From positions 896,001 to 960,000 of the forward strand of contig CAVSTP010000002.1 of the NCBI GenBank assembly GCA_963730935.1: 64,000 nucleotides of DNA, in the 5' to 3' direction. Each line of letters starts with the position of its first letter. The stretch's first letter is position 1. Below are positions 1 to 9,018 of this stretch, in pieces. The stretch comes from an uncultured Nitrospiraceae bacterium. GTDB lineage: Bacteria > Nitrospirota > Nitrospiria > Nitrospirales > Nitrospiraceae. The translations under genes were made by a program, and so were the position numbers. The notes below the pieces were generated by a model. That model was not told where the DNA came from. It saw only the letters and a list, made by a program, of their open reading frames with translations, and did not search any database.

Positions 1-1082
1 TGATCCTGGGGCCTGTCGTCGGAGTTTACCTGGATCGCGTGAACAAGAGATCCGTGATGATCGGGGTCGATATGGCACGCACGCTGCTGGTCCTGCTCAT
101 TCCGCTCCTCTACGCGTGCAATGAATTGACGCTTGAGCGGTTGTATGTGGCGGTCTTTCTGTTGGCAGTGGTGTCCACTATCTTCGGACCGGCCCTGTCA
201 TCGGCCGTGCCCCAGATTGTGCGCCGGGATCAACTCACTGCAGCCAATGCCTTGCTGCAGACGACCACCAACATCGGCCTCCTTGTCGGCCCTCTCGTCG
301 GCGGTATCGGTATCGCACTCGTCGGCTCGCAAAATGTCTTGTATGCCGATGCGGCGACTTTTTTCGTGTCAGCCCTCTGTCTAATGGGGGTTCGCGTCCG
401 CATTCCTGAGGTCTCCCCGCATGACCAGACGTTTCGGGGTACCTGGGGGCAGGAATTGATGGCCGGGGTCCGATTCGTCTGTTTCACGCAGACGGTGTTG
501 GTCCTCCTGTTGGCGGCCGCCCTCTATAGCCTGGGGATCGGCGCCTTCGCCTTTATGCTACCAATGTTTGCCGAACAGAATTTGGGCGCCGGAGCTGTGG
601 AGATGGGGGTGCTCTGGTCCGCCTTAGGCGCCGGGATGCTGGCCACTTCAATCTGGTTGGCCTCACTGGCCCAAGGCGATCTGGCCGGACGCTTTACGCT
701 GATCTGTCGTTCGATGGTCGTAGGTGGAGTGGCGATGTGTGGCCTCAGTCTGCTCACGGCTCCGCTGATCGCCGGAGCCGTAATCTTGATCATCGGCGGC
801 AGCACCGCCCTGTTCATGCCGATTGTCTGGGGTGTCCTTCAAGAAGTGACCCCGGCGCCGCTGATGGGGCGTGTGTTCACGACGTTCAGCACCGGTTCGA
901 TGGCCGCCGGGATGGCCGGCATGGCCGGATTCGGCTGGGCCGCCGATACGATGGGACCTCATGTCAGTCTACTCGGAATCGGTGTGGCCCTGCTCGGTAC
1001 AGCTTGCGTGGCCGCCCTGTGCAGCCGCCAGTTTCGCCGAATTGCCGAACGGTATCGCGCGCCGGTTGTGCCGGGTTCATAG
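1..1082 (+). CDS. MFS transporter (5' end outside window)
   Basis: Frame is open from the window start (ILGPVVGVYLDRVNKR, MFS motif-A-like); many TM helices; LQEVTPAPLMGRVF near the C-terminus. Confidence 0.9.
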   Translation, partial: ILGPVVGVYLDRVNKRSVMIGVDMARTLLVLLIPLLYACNELTLERLYVAVFLLAVVSTIFGPALSSAVPQIVRRDQLTAANALLQTTTNIGLLVGPLVGGIGIALVGSQNVLYADAATFFVSALCLMGVRVRIPEVSPHDQTFRGTWGQELMAGVRFVCFTQTVLVLLLAAALYSLGIGAFAFMLPMFAEQNLGAGAVEMGVLWSALGAGMLATSIWLASLAQGDLAGRFTLICRSMVVGGVAMCGLSLLTAPLIAGAVILIIGGSTALFMPIVWGVLQEVTPAPLMGRVFTTFSTGSMAAGMAGMAGFGWAADTMGPHVSLLGIGVALLGTACVAALCSRQFRRIAERYRAPVVPGS

Positions 1083-1190
1083 TTCTTTGCGGGGAGCATC
1101 CGTGACGTGAAGCCCGGGAGGGTCATCACACATGGGGCCTATGATGAACTCCCTCACCCCTGAGCCCCACATCCCAAGGAGGGAAGAGCA

Positions 1191-1481
1191 ATGAGCATCC
1201 ATCTATTCATAAGACGCCTCGTCATCTTCACATCGTTGGTGCTGATCTGTGGGCTCCCTGCGCTGGCTACGCAGGCGGCGGATCAACCTTCGGGAGGGTC
1301 CCCTCCTGTTGTTTTGACGGGAGAGCCTGCCATGGTGGAGGCGGGTGTCGCGGACACTCTGAAGGCCTGCCTCGCCAGAATTCCTAAGGGTGGTAGTGCC
1401 GGTCAGCGCATGCTGGCTAAACAAAGCTGCAAACAGGACGAGGGGACTCGGAAAGCGAGCCAAGACGCACCCAAGTTCTGA
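1191..1481 (+). CDS. Small secreted hypothetical protein with two Cys in the mature part
   Basis: AGGAGG RBS, signal peptide (ALATQA), DTLKACLARIPK...QSC. Confidence 0.75.
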   Translation: MSIHLFIRRLVIFTSLVLICGLPALATQAADQPSGGSPPVVLTGEPAMVEAGVADTLKACLARIPKGGSAGQRMLAKQSCKQDEGTRKASQDAPKF

Positions 1482-1781
1482 ACGCCCGTCTCGCCGAAAC
1501 CGGAGCGAGGTTGGAGCGTAGGCCTAGACACAGGTCGAAATCTCAAGAAAGGAGAGGACTTTCTCGCGATGGAAGCGAGGCCTTTTTGGCAACTAGGATG
1601 AGCACAAAAAATCATATGTGCAGATTTACAGCAAGGAACCGGCCTCGAACCGGTAGGGATTCTCTGACTTTGGTAAATTTCCGACCGCTGGGATAGGTCG
1701 GTCGGCAGCCCCTTTCATTCAGGGATCTGCTGATCGAGCCATTCCGGCTGTCGTGTTCTCTTACATTCACCGTAGGTTGAA

Positions 1782-2336
1782 ATGAATTCCACGAGAGTGC
1801 GCCATTCCGTATGTGTATGTATTGTGTTGGGAGGAGGCCTGCTGTGCAGCTGTGCCCTTACTGAGCGAGTCATGCCCCTCACGATGTCCCACGGCAACGT
1901 GGTGGCAGTCCTGAACACCATCGACCAGATCGAAGCTGAGGCCGGCGAACTGGGGCAAGAGAAGGGAACATCACTAAACGTCCGTTCTTTTGCCTCCCGT
2001 CTCGCTCATGAACATAGGACTTCGATCGTCGACAGGCAGCATCTCGCCGAAAAAATCAATGTACAGCCCAACAAACCGTCACTGGCATCGGCGCTGGAGG
2101 AGATGCAAGTAGAGTCCAAGCGTCTGCTCGAAAAGAAGTCCGGCCGTGACTTTGACGAAGCGTATATCCAGCAACAGATCAGCATTCATCAGCAGATGGT
2201 CGGACTCATCCAGGATACAGAGGACTCAATGGACGACCCAGCGTTACGCCAGCATCTCCGATATATCCGTCCGGACCTGCTCAGTCATTTGTCTGCCGCT
2301 CAAGCCATCGACCGCCAGTTGTCGGCTCAACGGTGA
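1782..2336 (+). CDS. DUF4142 domain protein, probable lipoprotein
   Basis: LCSC lipobox-like; EAEAGELGQEKG, VRSFASRLAHEH, GRDFDEAYIQQQISIHQ, HLSAA match the DUF4142 ferritin-like pattern. Confidence 0.8.
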   Translation: MNSTRVRHSVCVCIVLGGGLLCSCALTERVMPLTMSHGNVVAVLNTIDQIEAEAGELGQEKGTSLNVRSFASRLAHEHRTSIVDRQHLAEKINVQPNKPSLASALEEMQVESKRLLEKKSGRDFDEAYIQQQISIHQQMVGLIQDTEDSMDDPALRQHLRYIRPDLLSHLSAAQAIDRQLSAQR

Positions 2337-2493
2337 GCCAGCAAATCCTGCACTCTGAGGCTTGATAACATCTGTCAAATCTGCGGTTCTTTCAACCTCC
2401 GGTCTGCCTTAACCCCACAAGAAACCACAAATCAGGGTGCCCGCAACATGGTGAGAGCTGGGCCTTCTAATACGTCCTAATGATGTGAATTAG

Positions 2494-3006
2494 TTAGGTG
2501 ATATCGGCTATTGCACGGATCTCTTGCTCCGCCTGCAGCCAATCCTGAACCTCACCACCATCGTGACGGCCCCGGGCTTCATACAGCTCATATGCTCGAC
2601 GGGCAACAAACGCATCTTTATGCTGCTCGGCATGCATCTCCTGCATGCAGGTCCTGACCGCGGCTTGTAATTCCCCGAGCAGATACCGACCCTTTACGCG
2701 CGCTGGTATCGAGATGACTCTGGTAATTCCGCTCGCATAAGCCTCTTTGAGAACCGGCATCATAGAAGACCCCGATAACAGGAGGATGGTCCCGCGATAA
2801 CCATGATCGCGGAGTTCTCTCAACTCCTCAGTTCCGCTTGGATCGCTCACATAGAGGTCCAACAAAATGAGCACAGGTCTATACTCGATAAGCATTGATA
2901 ACCGTTCCTCTCGATGAGAGGGGATCGTCACTGAATAGCCGCTGGCCTGCAAGACCTCATTTAATTGTTCCCTAAGATCAGACCGATGGGTCAGCACCAT
3001 GATCAT
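2494..3006 (-). CDS. Atypical receiver domain fused to C-terminal DUF2934
   Basis: PVLILLDLYVSDPSG receiver core; VARRAYELYEARGRHDGGEVQDWLQAEQEI is the DUF2934 signature; AGAGGAG RBS. Confidence 0.8.
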   Translation of the reverse strand: MIMVLTHRSDLREQLNEVLQASGYSVTIPSHREERLSMLIEYRPVLILLDLYVSDPSGTEELRELRDHGYRGTILLLSGSSMMPVLKEAYASGITRVISIPARVKGRYLLGELQAAVRTCMQEMHAEQHKDAFVARRAYELYEARGRHDGGEVQDWLQAEQEIRAIADIT

Positions 3007-3212
3007 TTTGACTCTCCTCTGGACATCTCGTTGTCCCGTGTAATGCGGAAGCTAGCGTTGACTGGAAGCGCGCATGAACCGAAGCATCGAGCGGGCACTG
3101 GAACGGAAAAGATCGAACCCGACATGTGACTGACTTGCAGGGCAGTGTAAATGGGTTAAGCGATCACTGTCTCCTATCAATTGCCCTAGGGAAACAAAAT
3201 GGCTCTATGTCG

Positions 3213-3977
3213 CTAGAGCGCTGTCGGCCGTGAGTCTGCCGAGTATTTACTATGCAGTTTGACCGGGATCGCCCGCTTTCTGCGCATACGGATATTCAGC
3301 ATCTCAACTGCGACTGAAAATGCCATGGCAAAATAGATATAGCCCTTTGGCACATGCACATCGAACCCTTCCACCATAAGCGTGACTCCCACGAGGATCA
3401 GAAACGACAAGGCCAGAATTTTGATCGTTGGATGTTCATCAACGAAGCTCCCGATGGACTTCGCCGCAATCAGCATGACGACAACCGCGAGGATAATGGC
3501 GATGGCCATGACAGATACCTCCTCAACCAATCCGATCGCGGTGATCACGGAATCTAGCGAGAAGACAATGTCCAGGAGCGAGATCTGGACCATTGCCATC
3601 CCAAGACTGCTTCCTAGTACCGCAGTATCCTTTTCTCCGATTCCCTCTAGGCTGTAATGGATTTCGTGCGTGGCCTTAGCGAGGAGGAACAGCCCGCCTC
3701 CTATTAAAATCAAATCGCGTCCGGAAATCTGGTTGCCAAGCAGAGCAAACCACGGTTGAGTTAAGCCCATGATCCAGGAGATCGAAAACAATAACCCCAG
3801 ACGAGCCAGCATCGCCAAACCAAGGCCCAGTCTTCTCGCAAGAGTCCTCTGAGCTTCTGGTAGCCTACCGACCAGCACGGAAATGAAAATGATGTTGTCG
3901 ATTCCGAGGACAATTTCCAACGCTGTCAAAGTCCCCAGCGCTATCCACACCTCCGGATTCGCGAGCCAATTAAGCAT
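3213..3977 (-). CDS. TerC family integral membrane protein
   Basis: LEIVLGIDNIIFI, LDIVFSLDSVITA, VPKGYIYFAMAFS; AGGAGGAG RBS. Confidence 0.95.
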   Translation of the reverse strand: MLNWLANPEVWIALGTLTALEIVLGIDNIIFISVLVGRLPEAQRTLARRLGLGLAMLARLGLLFSISWIMGLTQPWFALLGNQISGRDLILIGGGLFLLAKATHEIHYSLEGIGEKDTAVLGSSLGMAMVQISLLDIVFSLDSVITAIGLVEEVSVMAIAIILAVVVMLIAAKSIGSFVDEHPTIKILALSFLILVGVTLMVEGFDVHVPKGYIYFAMAFSVAVEMLNIRMRRKRAIPVKLHSKYSADSRPTAL

Positions 3978-4537
3978 CGACTCCTCCTAGGTTTAGGGGC
4001 ATCCTTCAATGATTTGGTTGGGAAAGAGGACGTCGCAAAAGTTCTGAATCTCTTATTCTTCACGACGAGAATATTGCCTGCCGTAGCACAATTTAACCTA
4101 GCTGATGTTGATCCAGATTGCCAAACCAAGCCTCTCTATTACGAATCACCCATTATCAAGCTCACGGTGGATGACGCCGCGGTGGCCGTGGCTGAAGCTG
4201 AACTGGAGCAGACCGCGGCAGCGGATGCGGCGGGCGAGGAAGTCGCGGACCCGGGCACGGAATGGGTGAATTCACCTTACGTCTTTCGTTGAGTTGAGGG
4301 GGAGCTGAAGATGGGGCAGACGAAGAAGGTTCAAGAGGAGGCTGTCCCGGCTATGCAAACCGCTTTCGAGAAACTCCACTCACGGCCCATATCGGTTCGG
4401 CCCTGTTTCACTGATAGATGGCGGCATAACAAGAGCAATATTGATCAGACTACTATCCGTTTTAAAGACAGAATGGTCGACACGGTATCAAATATACTAA
4501 CGCTTGGTATCGCTTTCTCATATCGTAGGGGAAAACC

Positions 4538-4744
4538 ATGAACGTGGATCAGTTAAAGGTGGACTGGCTGGGGTTCAAAGGCGATGTCAAACAGCTATGG
4601 GACGCGTTTGATTTGTCTCAAACAGAAGAAAGCTACGAAAAAATTACCAGCATGCTTCAGGAACGGTACGATAGTAGGCGGGTCGGCTTGATCCATGAGC
4701 GGTACAGCGAGAAGAAGAAAGAACTCATAAGCTGGATCGGCTAG
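4538..4744 (+). CDS. CsbD/YjbJ-like general stress protein, divergent
   Basis: MNxDQLKxxWxxFKGxVKQxW and LQERY motifs. Confidence 0.6.
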   Translation: MNVDQLKVDWLGFKGDVKQLWDAFDLSQTEESYEKITSMLQERYDSRRVGLIHERYSEKKKELISWIG

Positions 4745-5050
4745 TGGCATCGTAAAAAAGGTTCACTTTACTAGGATCTGGTACTTTGTCGTTGCTGTAA
4801 TTCTTGTTACGCAGGCCGCAATGACTTCGACAACGCATGCTGGTGACCAGGATGGCTTTAAAGGGCTCGCCGTCAGCCTTTTGCATAGTTGTCCGCTTCC
4901 CAGAGTTGCGATCGGTGAAGATGTTGCCGCTTCTCTTTCCTCTGTTCGTGATACGCAGTAAGCATACTCTCCCTGCCCATAATTATCCTGGGCACCCTGT
5001 CCGAACCATCCCCCTTGCTCAGCAGAGACGTAGAGAGGGGTAGAGGGATT

Positions 5051-6004
5051 ATGGCGTTAGACCTTAGGTGCTCATCCTGCGATTCTGACAATATCCAGCG
5101 TCTCAGTGTACTGAGGGGTCAGGAAACCGTCGGCGGAACAATCGGCCAAGGGCAAACATCTCTGGCTGGGTCGTTAAAAGAGCCAAGTAAGCCCTGGGCT
5201 TCGACGGTTGGCTTCATCGTTGGTCTGTGTACCCTGCCGATATTTTCTGGGCTTGCTGGTGGGCCTCGAAGTTCTCTTCCTGTTCTTGCTTTCCTGCTGG
5301 TGTGGCGGGGTATTCGATACTGGATGAGCCAAGGCTATGAAATCAAGTATCAAGCGTGGAAAGACAACCTTGATGAAAACTTCATCTGCCTTCGCTGTGG
5401 GAACATCTTCAGTCCGCCTTCCGACTCCGGCGATAGGTGGAGCACCCTTGGTATCGAGAGAGACATACAATTCAGCAACAAGCGGCTTGGCTATGCCGTG
5501 ATGTTCGGGGTCGCCATTGTTGGACTCGCAGCCTATGCGGTCTATGAATCCCAGTCCAAGCCAGGTCAAATGCCCAAGCGCTCTGAACAATCGGAGCCAT
5601 CCAAGGCGACAATGGTGCCACCGGGCAATTTCCGCGGTCTCAAGTGGGGTTCATCTCCAAATGCGAGTCTAAAGAAATACTCTGGCCCAACATTCGACGG
5701 AATCACGGGGTATGTTCAGGCTACGGGTAAGACCCCATCCCCTCTATTTGAAACCCCAGTTGTAGAAGAGCTGTATTCCTTCGCCAACGGCAAATTCTAC
5801 AGCGGGGATGCGTTTTTTGACGGGCGCGACAATTTCGCAAAGGTGAAAGCGGCACTTTATCAGGCATACGGTCAGCCATCATTTGTTAACGAAAAACTAG
5901 GTATTTGGAAGTGGAAATGGCAGGGCACCAAAATCGAAGTGCATCTTTCGTATCAGACAAAATTCTCTCGAACATGGGTGACATTCCAAAACTACGCAAC
6001 CTGA
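5051..6004 (+). CDS. Hypothetical membrane protein with split zinc-ribbon-like Cys pairs and a C-terminal extracytoplasmic domain
   Basis: CSSC...CLRC flanking two hydrophobic segments, a third TM, then a soluble domain; GAGGG RBS before ATG 5051. Confidence 0.7.
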   Translation: MALDLRCSSCDSDNIQRLSVLRGQETVGGTIGQGQTSLAGSLKEPSKPWASTVGFIVGLCTLPIFSGLAGGPRSSLPVLAFLLVWRGIRYWMSQGYEIKYQAWKDNLDENFICLRCGNIFSPPSDSGDRWSTLGIERDIQFSNKRLGYAVMFGVAIVGLAAYAVYESQSKPGQMPKRSEQSEPSKATMVPPGNFRGLKWGSSPNASLKKYSGPTFDGITGYVQATGKTPSPLFETPVVEELYSFANGKFYSGDAFFDGRDNFAKVKAALYQAYGQPSFVNEKLGIWKWKWQGTKIEVHLSYQTKFSRTWVTFQNYAT

Positions 6005-6035
6005 GAACGATCGGATTGGTGGAACCTAAATCCAA

Positions 6036-6191
6036 ATGAGTGACGAACGCCCGAAACGCGAGAGTCGTTCTACTGAAGAAGAAGCTTTCCGAGCCAATAA
6101 GCTGCAATGGTTCTTCTGGCTCGTGTTCATGCTAATTGCCTTCGTGCTGTCAATGGCATGGTACCTACCCGGGTGGAGAATGCCAGGGTAA
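6036..6191 (+). CDS. Putative 51-aa single-pass membrane protein (not in ORF track)
   Basis: Hand translation MSDERPKRESRSTEEEAFRANKLQWFFWLVFMLIAFVLSMAWYLPGWRMPG. Confidence 0.5.
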   Translation: MSDERPKRESRSTEEEAFRANKLQWFFWLVFMLIAFVLSMAWYLPGWRMPG

Positions 6192-6707
6192 CTAACCGCT
6201 GCACGGTGCATGAACGAACAATCTTCAATATTTGACGGCCTTCATTAAGTTTTGTTATTTCACGCTTTCCTCCCACTCAATGATCACAACGAAATAGCAT
6301 GCTTTTCCGTTTCGGATCTTGCACCTACTTATAACCCTCCTAGAATAGCTTTCCTCGTGAGGCCTTGATGTTTCCTGCTTGGACTCTCTCAGGTTTCGCT
6401 ACAGTCTTGAATCACATACAACCGGTCGGCAAGTCGCTCACGATTCTTTTGAAGGTAGCTTTTGAGGCACCGCCTTTCCTCACAGAGTCGGCGATTCGCT
6501 GGCAGTGTGATTAGAGAAAAAGCTGAAAAATTGTGGCGAGGATACAAGCCGCCAAGCGACTGTTCGCTTCGAATGTTCCACACCCATGAAAATTAGTGCC
6601 CACGTCCGGGGAATGCTGAACTTGTTATGGGAATGGGCAGATGATAGTGTCGTTCATGATCGCATGGCTTCTACTTGCCACTAGGAAGAACGCCGAAGAG
6701 GTGCCCC

Positions 6708-8777
6708 ATGAAGCTGACGGGACAACAGACACGAGATAAGAGCAATCCCACGCCGACAGAGCACCTCAGGTCGACCGAGACCAAGCCGGGATCCGGGAAA
6801 GAGCCGGTGAAGATACCGCCAGGCAAAACATGGTTATGGTTCACGCTGATCTTGCTTGGGAACTATATCCTGGTGAGCCTGCTCATGCCGGGACCTGAAG
6901 AGCCGGTTACAGTGCCTTATACCCTCTTCAAGGAGGAGGTTGCCAACCGCCACGTCAAGGCGATTCACAGCCAGGGCGAGACCATCACGGGTCGCTTTGC
7001 GTCGCCGGTCACGTACCCGAAGGCGGGCGATGTGCAGCCCAGCGGCGAGTCTCACACCGCGAAGGAGGGGGGTGGAGATTCTCGGGGCGCCTCCCAAACG
7101 GTGACGATCTTCACGACGACACTGCCCTCCTTCGTTGATCCGGGGTTAGAAGCGTTTCTGATCGATCACCAGGTCGAAATCAGCGCCAAACCGATCCAAG
7201 CAGGCGGCAGTCTCTGGGCGACGCTCCTTTTCAGTTTCGGTCCGGGCCTGCTGTTCATCGGCTTTTATATCTGGCTGTTCCGGCGCGCGGCGCAACAGGG
7301 CGGCGGCATTGGAGCCGGCCTTATGGGCATCGGCAAGAGCCAGGCTCGCCGCTACGACCGGGAGAAGGATACGAGGGTTACCTTCGACGATGTCGCCGGC
7401 ATCGATGAAGCCGAGAACGAGCTGGTTGAGATCGTCGATTTTCTCAGAGACACCGATAAGTACACGCGCCTGGGAGGAACCGCTCCGAAAGGCGTTCTCT
7501 TGGTTGGTGCGCCCGGTACAGGGAAGACACTGCTGGCGAAGGCGGTGGCAGGAGAGGCGGGGGTACCGTTTTTCTCGATGAGCGCCGCAGAATTTGTGGA
7601 AATGATTGTGGGCGTTGGCGCGGCGAGAGTGCGGGACCTCTTCAAGGAGGCGCGGGCGCACGCCCCTGCGATCATCTTCATCGACGAGCTGGATTCCATC
7701 GGTCGCGCGCGGGGGCGGTCGGCGTTCGGGGGCTCGAGCGAACAAGAGCAGACCTTGAATCAAATTCTGACCGAAATGGACGGTTTCTCGAGTCGGGAGG
7801 GTATTATCGTATTGGCGGCAACGAACCAGCCGGAGGTCCTGGACAAAGCGCTCCTGCGACCGGGTCGTTTCGACCGGCGGGTCGTCGTGAATCTTCCAGA
7901 CAAGACCGGGCGCGAGGCGATCCTTAAAGTTCACACCCGCACCGTGCCGCTGGCGAAGGACGCCATACTGGCGGACCTTGCCGCCATCACGCCAGGCCTT
8001 TCGGGGGCCGACCTGAAGAACTTGGTCAATGAGGCAGCGCTGCTGGCGGCTCGCCGCGAGCAGAACGACGTCCGTCACAAGGACTTCCTCGACGCGCTGG
8101 AGAAGATCGTGCTCGGGCCGGAGCGTCCGATTCTCATGAGCCGTGCCGACAAGGAACGCATCGCCTACCACGAGGGTGGACATGCCATTCTCGGTCTCGT
8201 GGTGCCCGGCGCCGATCCGGTGAACCGGGTGACGATCGTGCCGCGAGGGCAGGCCCTCGGCGTGACCTATCAGCGTCCCGATAGCGATCGCTACAACTAT
8301 CCGGAAGCCTATCTCCGCGCGAGAATCGTCGGGATGTTGGGAGGCCGGGCGGCCGAGGAGATCGTCTACGGCACTAAGACGACCGGAGCCGAAAACGACA
8401 TCGAGCAAGCCACCGGCTTGGCTCGGCGTATGGTTACTCGCTGGGGCATGAGCGAGCGGATTGGACTCGTTCAGCTGGCGCCCAAGGAGAACTCCTACCT
8501 GGGCTCGGATGGTTTTCCAGGAGAGAAGCCGTTCAGCGAGGAGACGGCGAAAGCCATCGACGCCGAGGTGCTCAAGATCATCGGCGAGAGCCACGATGAG
8601 GCCAAGCGACTCCTGACCGCACACCGTAAGCAACTCGATGCGCTCGCCGAAGCCCTATTGTCGCGGGAGACGCTTAACGAGCTGGAGATCCTCGAGGTTA
8701 CGGGGCTTCCTCCAGCGCCGGCTTTACAGACGACGATGCTGGACCTTCCTGGCGCGATCAAGAAGAGCGCCGCCTAA
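6708..8777 (+). CDS. ftsH: ATP-dependent zinc metalloprotease FtsH
   Basis: Two TM helices, Walker A GAPGTGKT, Walker [25 protein letters not shown] zinc motif. Confidence 0.97.
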   Translation: MKLTGQQTRDKSNPTPTEHLRSTETKPGSGKEPVKIPPGKTWLWFTLILLGNYILVSLLMPGPEEPVTVPYTLFKEEVANRHVKAIHSQGETITGRFASPVTYPKAGDVQPSGESHTAKEGGGDSRGASQTVTIFTTTLPSFVDPGLEAFLIDHQVEISAKPIQAGGSLWATLLFSFGPGLLFIGFYIWLFRRAAQQGGGIGAGLMGIGKSQARRYDREKDTRVTFDDVAGIDEAENELVEIVDFLRDTDKYTRLGGTAPKGVLLVGAPGTGKTLLAKAVAGEAGVPFFSMSAAEFVEMIVGVGAARVRDLFKEARAHAPAIIFIDELDSIGRARGRSAFGGSSEQEQTLNQILTEMDGFSSREGIIVLAATNQPEVLDKALLRPGRFDRRVVVNLPDKTGREAILKVHTRTVPLAKDAILADLAAITPGLSGADLKNLVNEAALLAARREQNDVRHKDFLDALEKIVLGPERPILMSRADKERIAYHEGGHAILGLVVPGADPVNRVTIVPRGQALGVTYQRPDSDRYNYPEAYLRARIVGMLGGRAAEEIVYGTKTTGAENDIEQATGLARRMVTRWGMSERIGLVQLAPKENSYLGSDGFPGEKPFSEETAKAIDAEVLKIIGESHDEAKRLLTAHRKQLDALAEALLSRETLNELEILEVTGLPPAPALQTTMLDLPGAIKKSAA

Positions 8778-9018
8778 GGCGTGACCTGCGATAGTGACCT
8801 GAGGCGTGCACATGCCTGTCCTACGGCTTCGTGCCTGGAGAATCCCCACAACATCTTTCTGCCAGAGTGCGATTCGCCGCCCGCGTTCGAGACGCAGTTA
8901 CGGCGGGCCCACCTCTGAGCCGTTGTTTAAGTCCTAAACAGCGGTCTCCTGTAGACTTCTATGAATGCCTCTTGTTTTCCTATCCCCGAATATGTTGCTT
9001 CTTGCCGGGGGGAAGCCA

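Noticed and set aside
1118..1154. Imperfect hairpin GGGAGGGTCATCA...TGATGAACTCCC after the MFS gene as a fluoride riboswitch
   Set aside because: Lacks the GGCGAUGGAGUUCGCC-type 5' motif; at most a weak terminator
3978..4140. yybP-ykoY manganese riboswitch expected upstream of terC
   Set aside because: The GGGGAGUA and GAGACC consensus segments are not present
7146..8633. 495-aa minus-strand ORF and similar long antisense ORFs (e.g. 39109-39963, 46866-47552)
   Set aside because: Shadows of well-supported genes on the opposite strand with no motifs of their own
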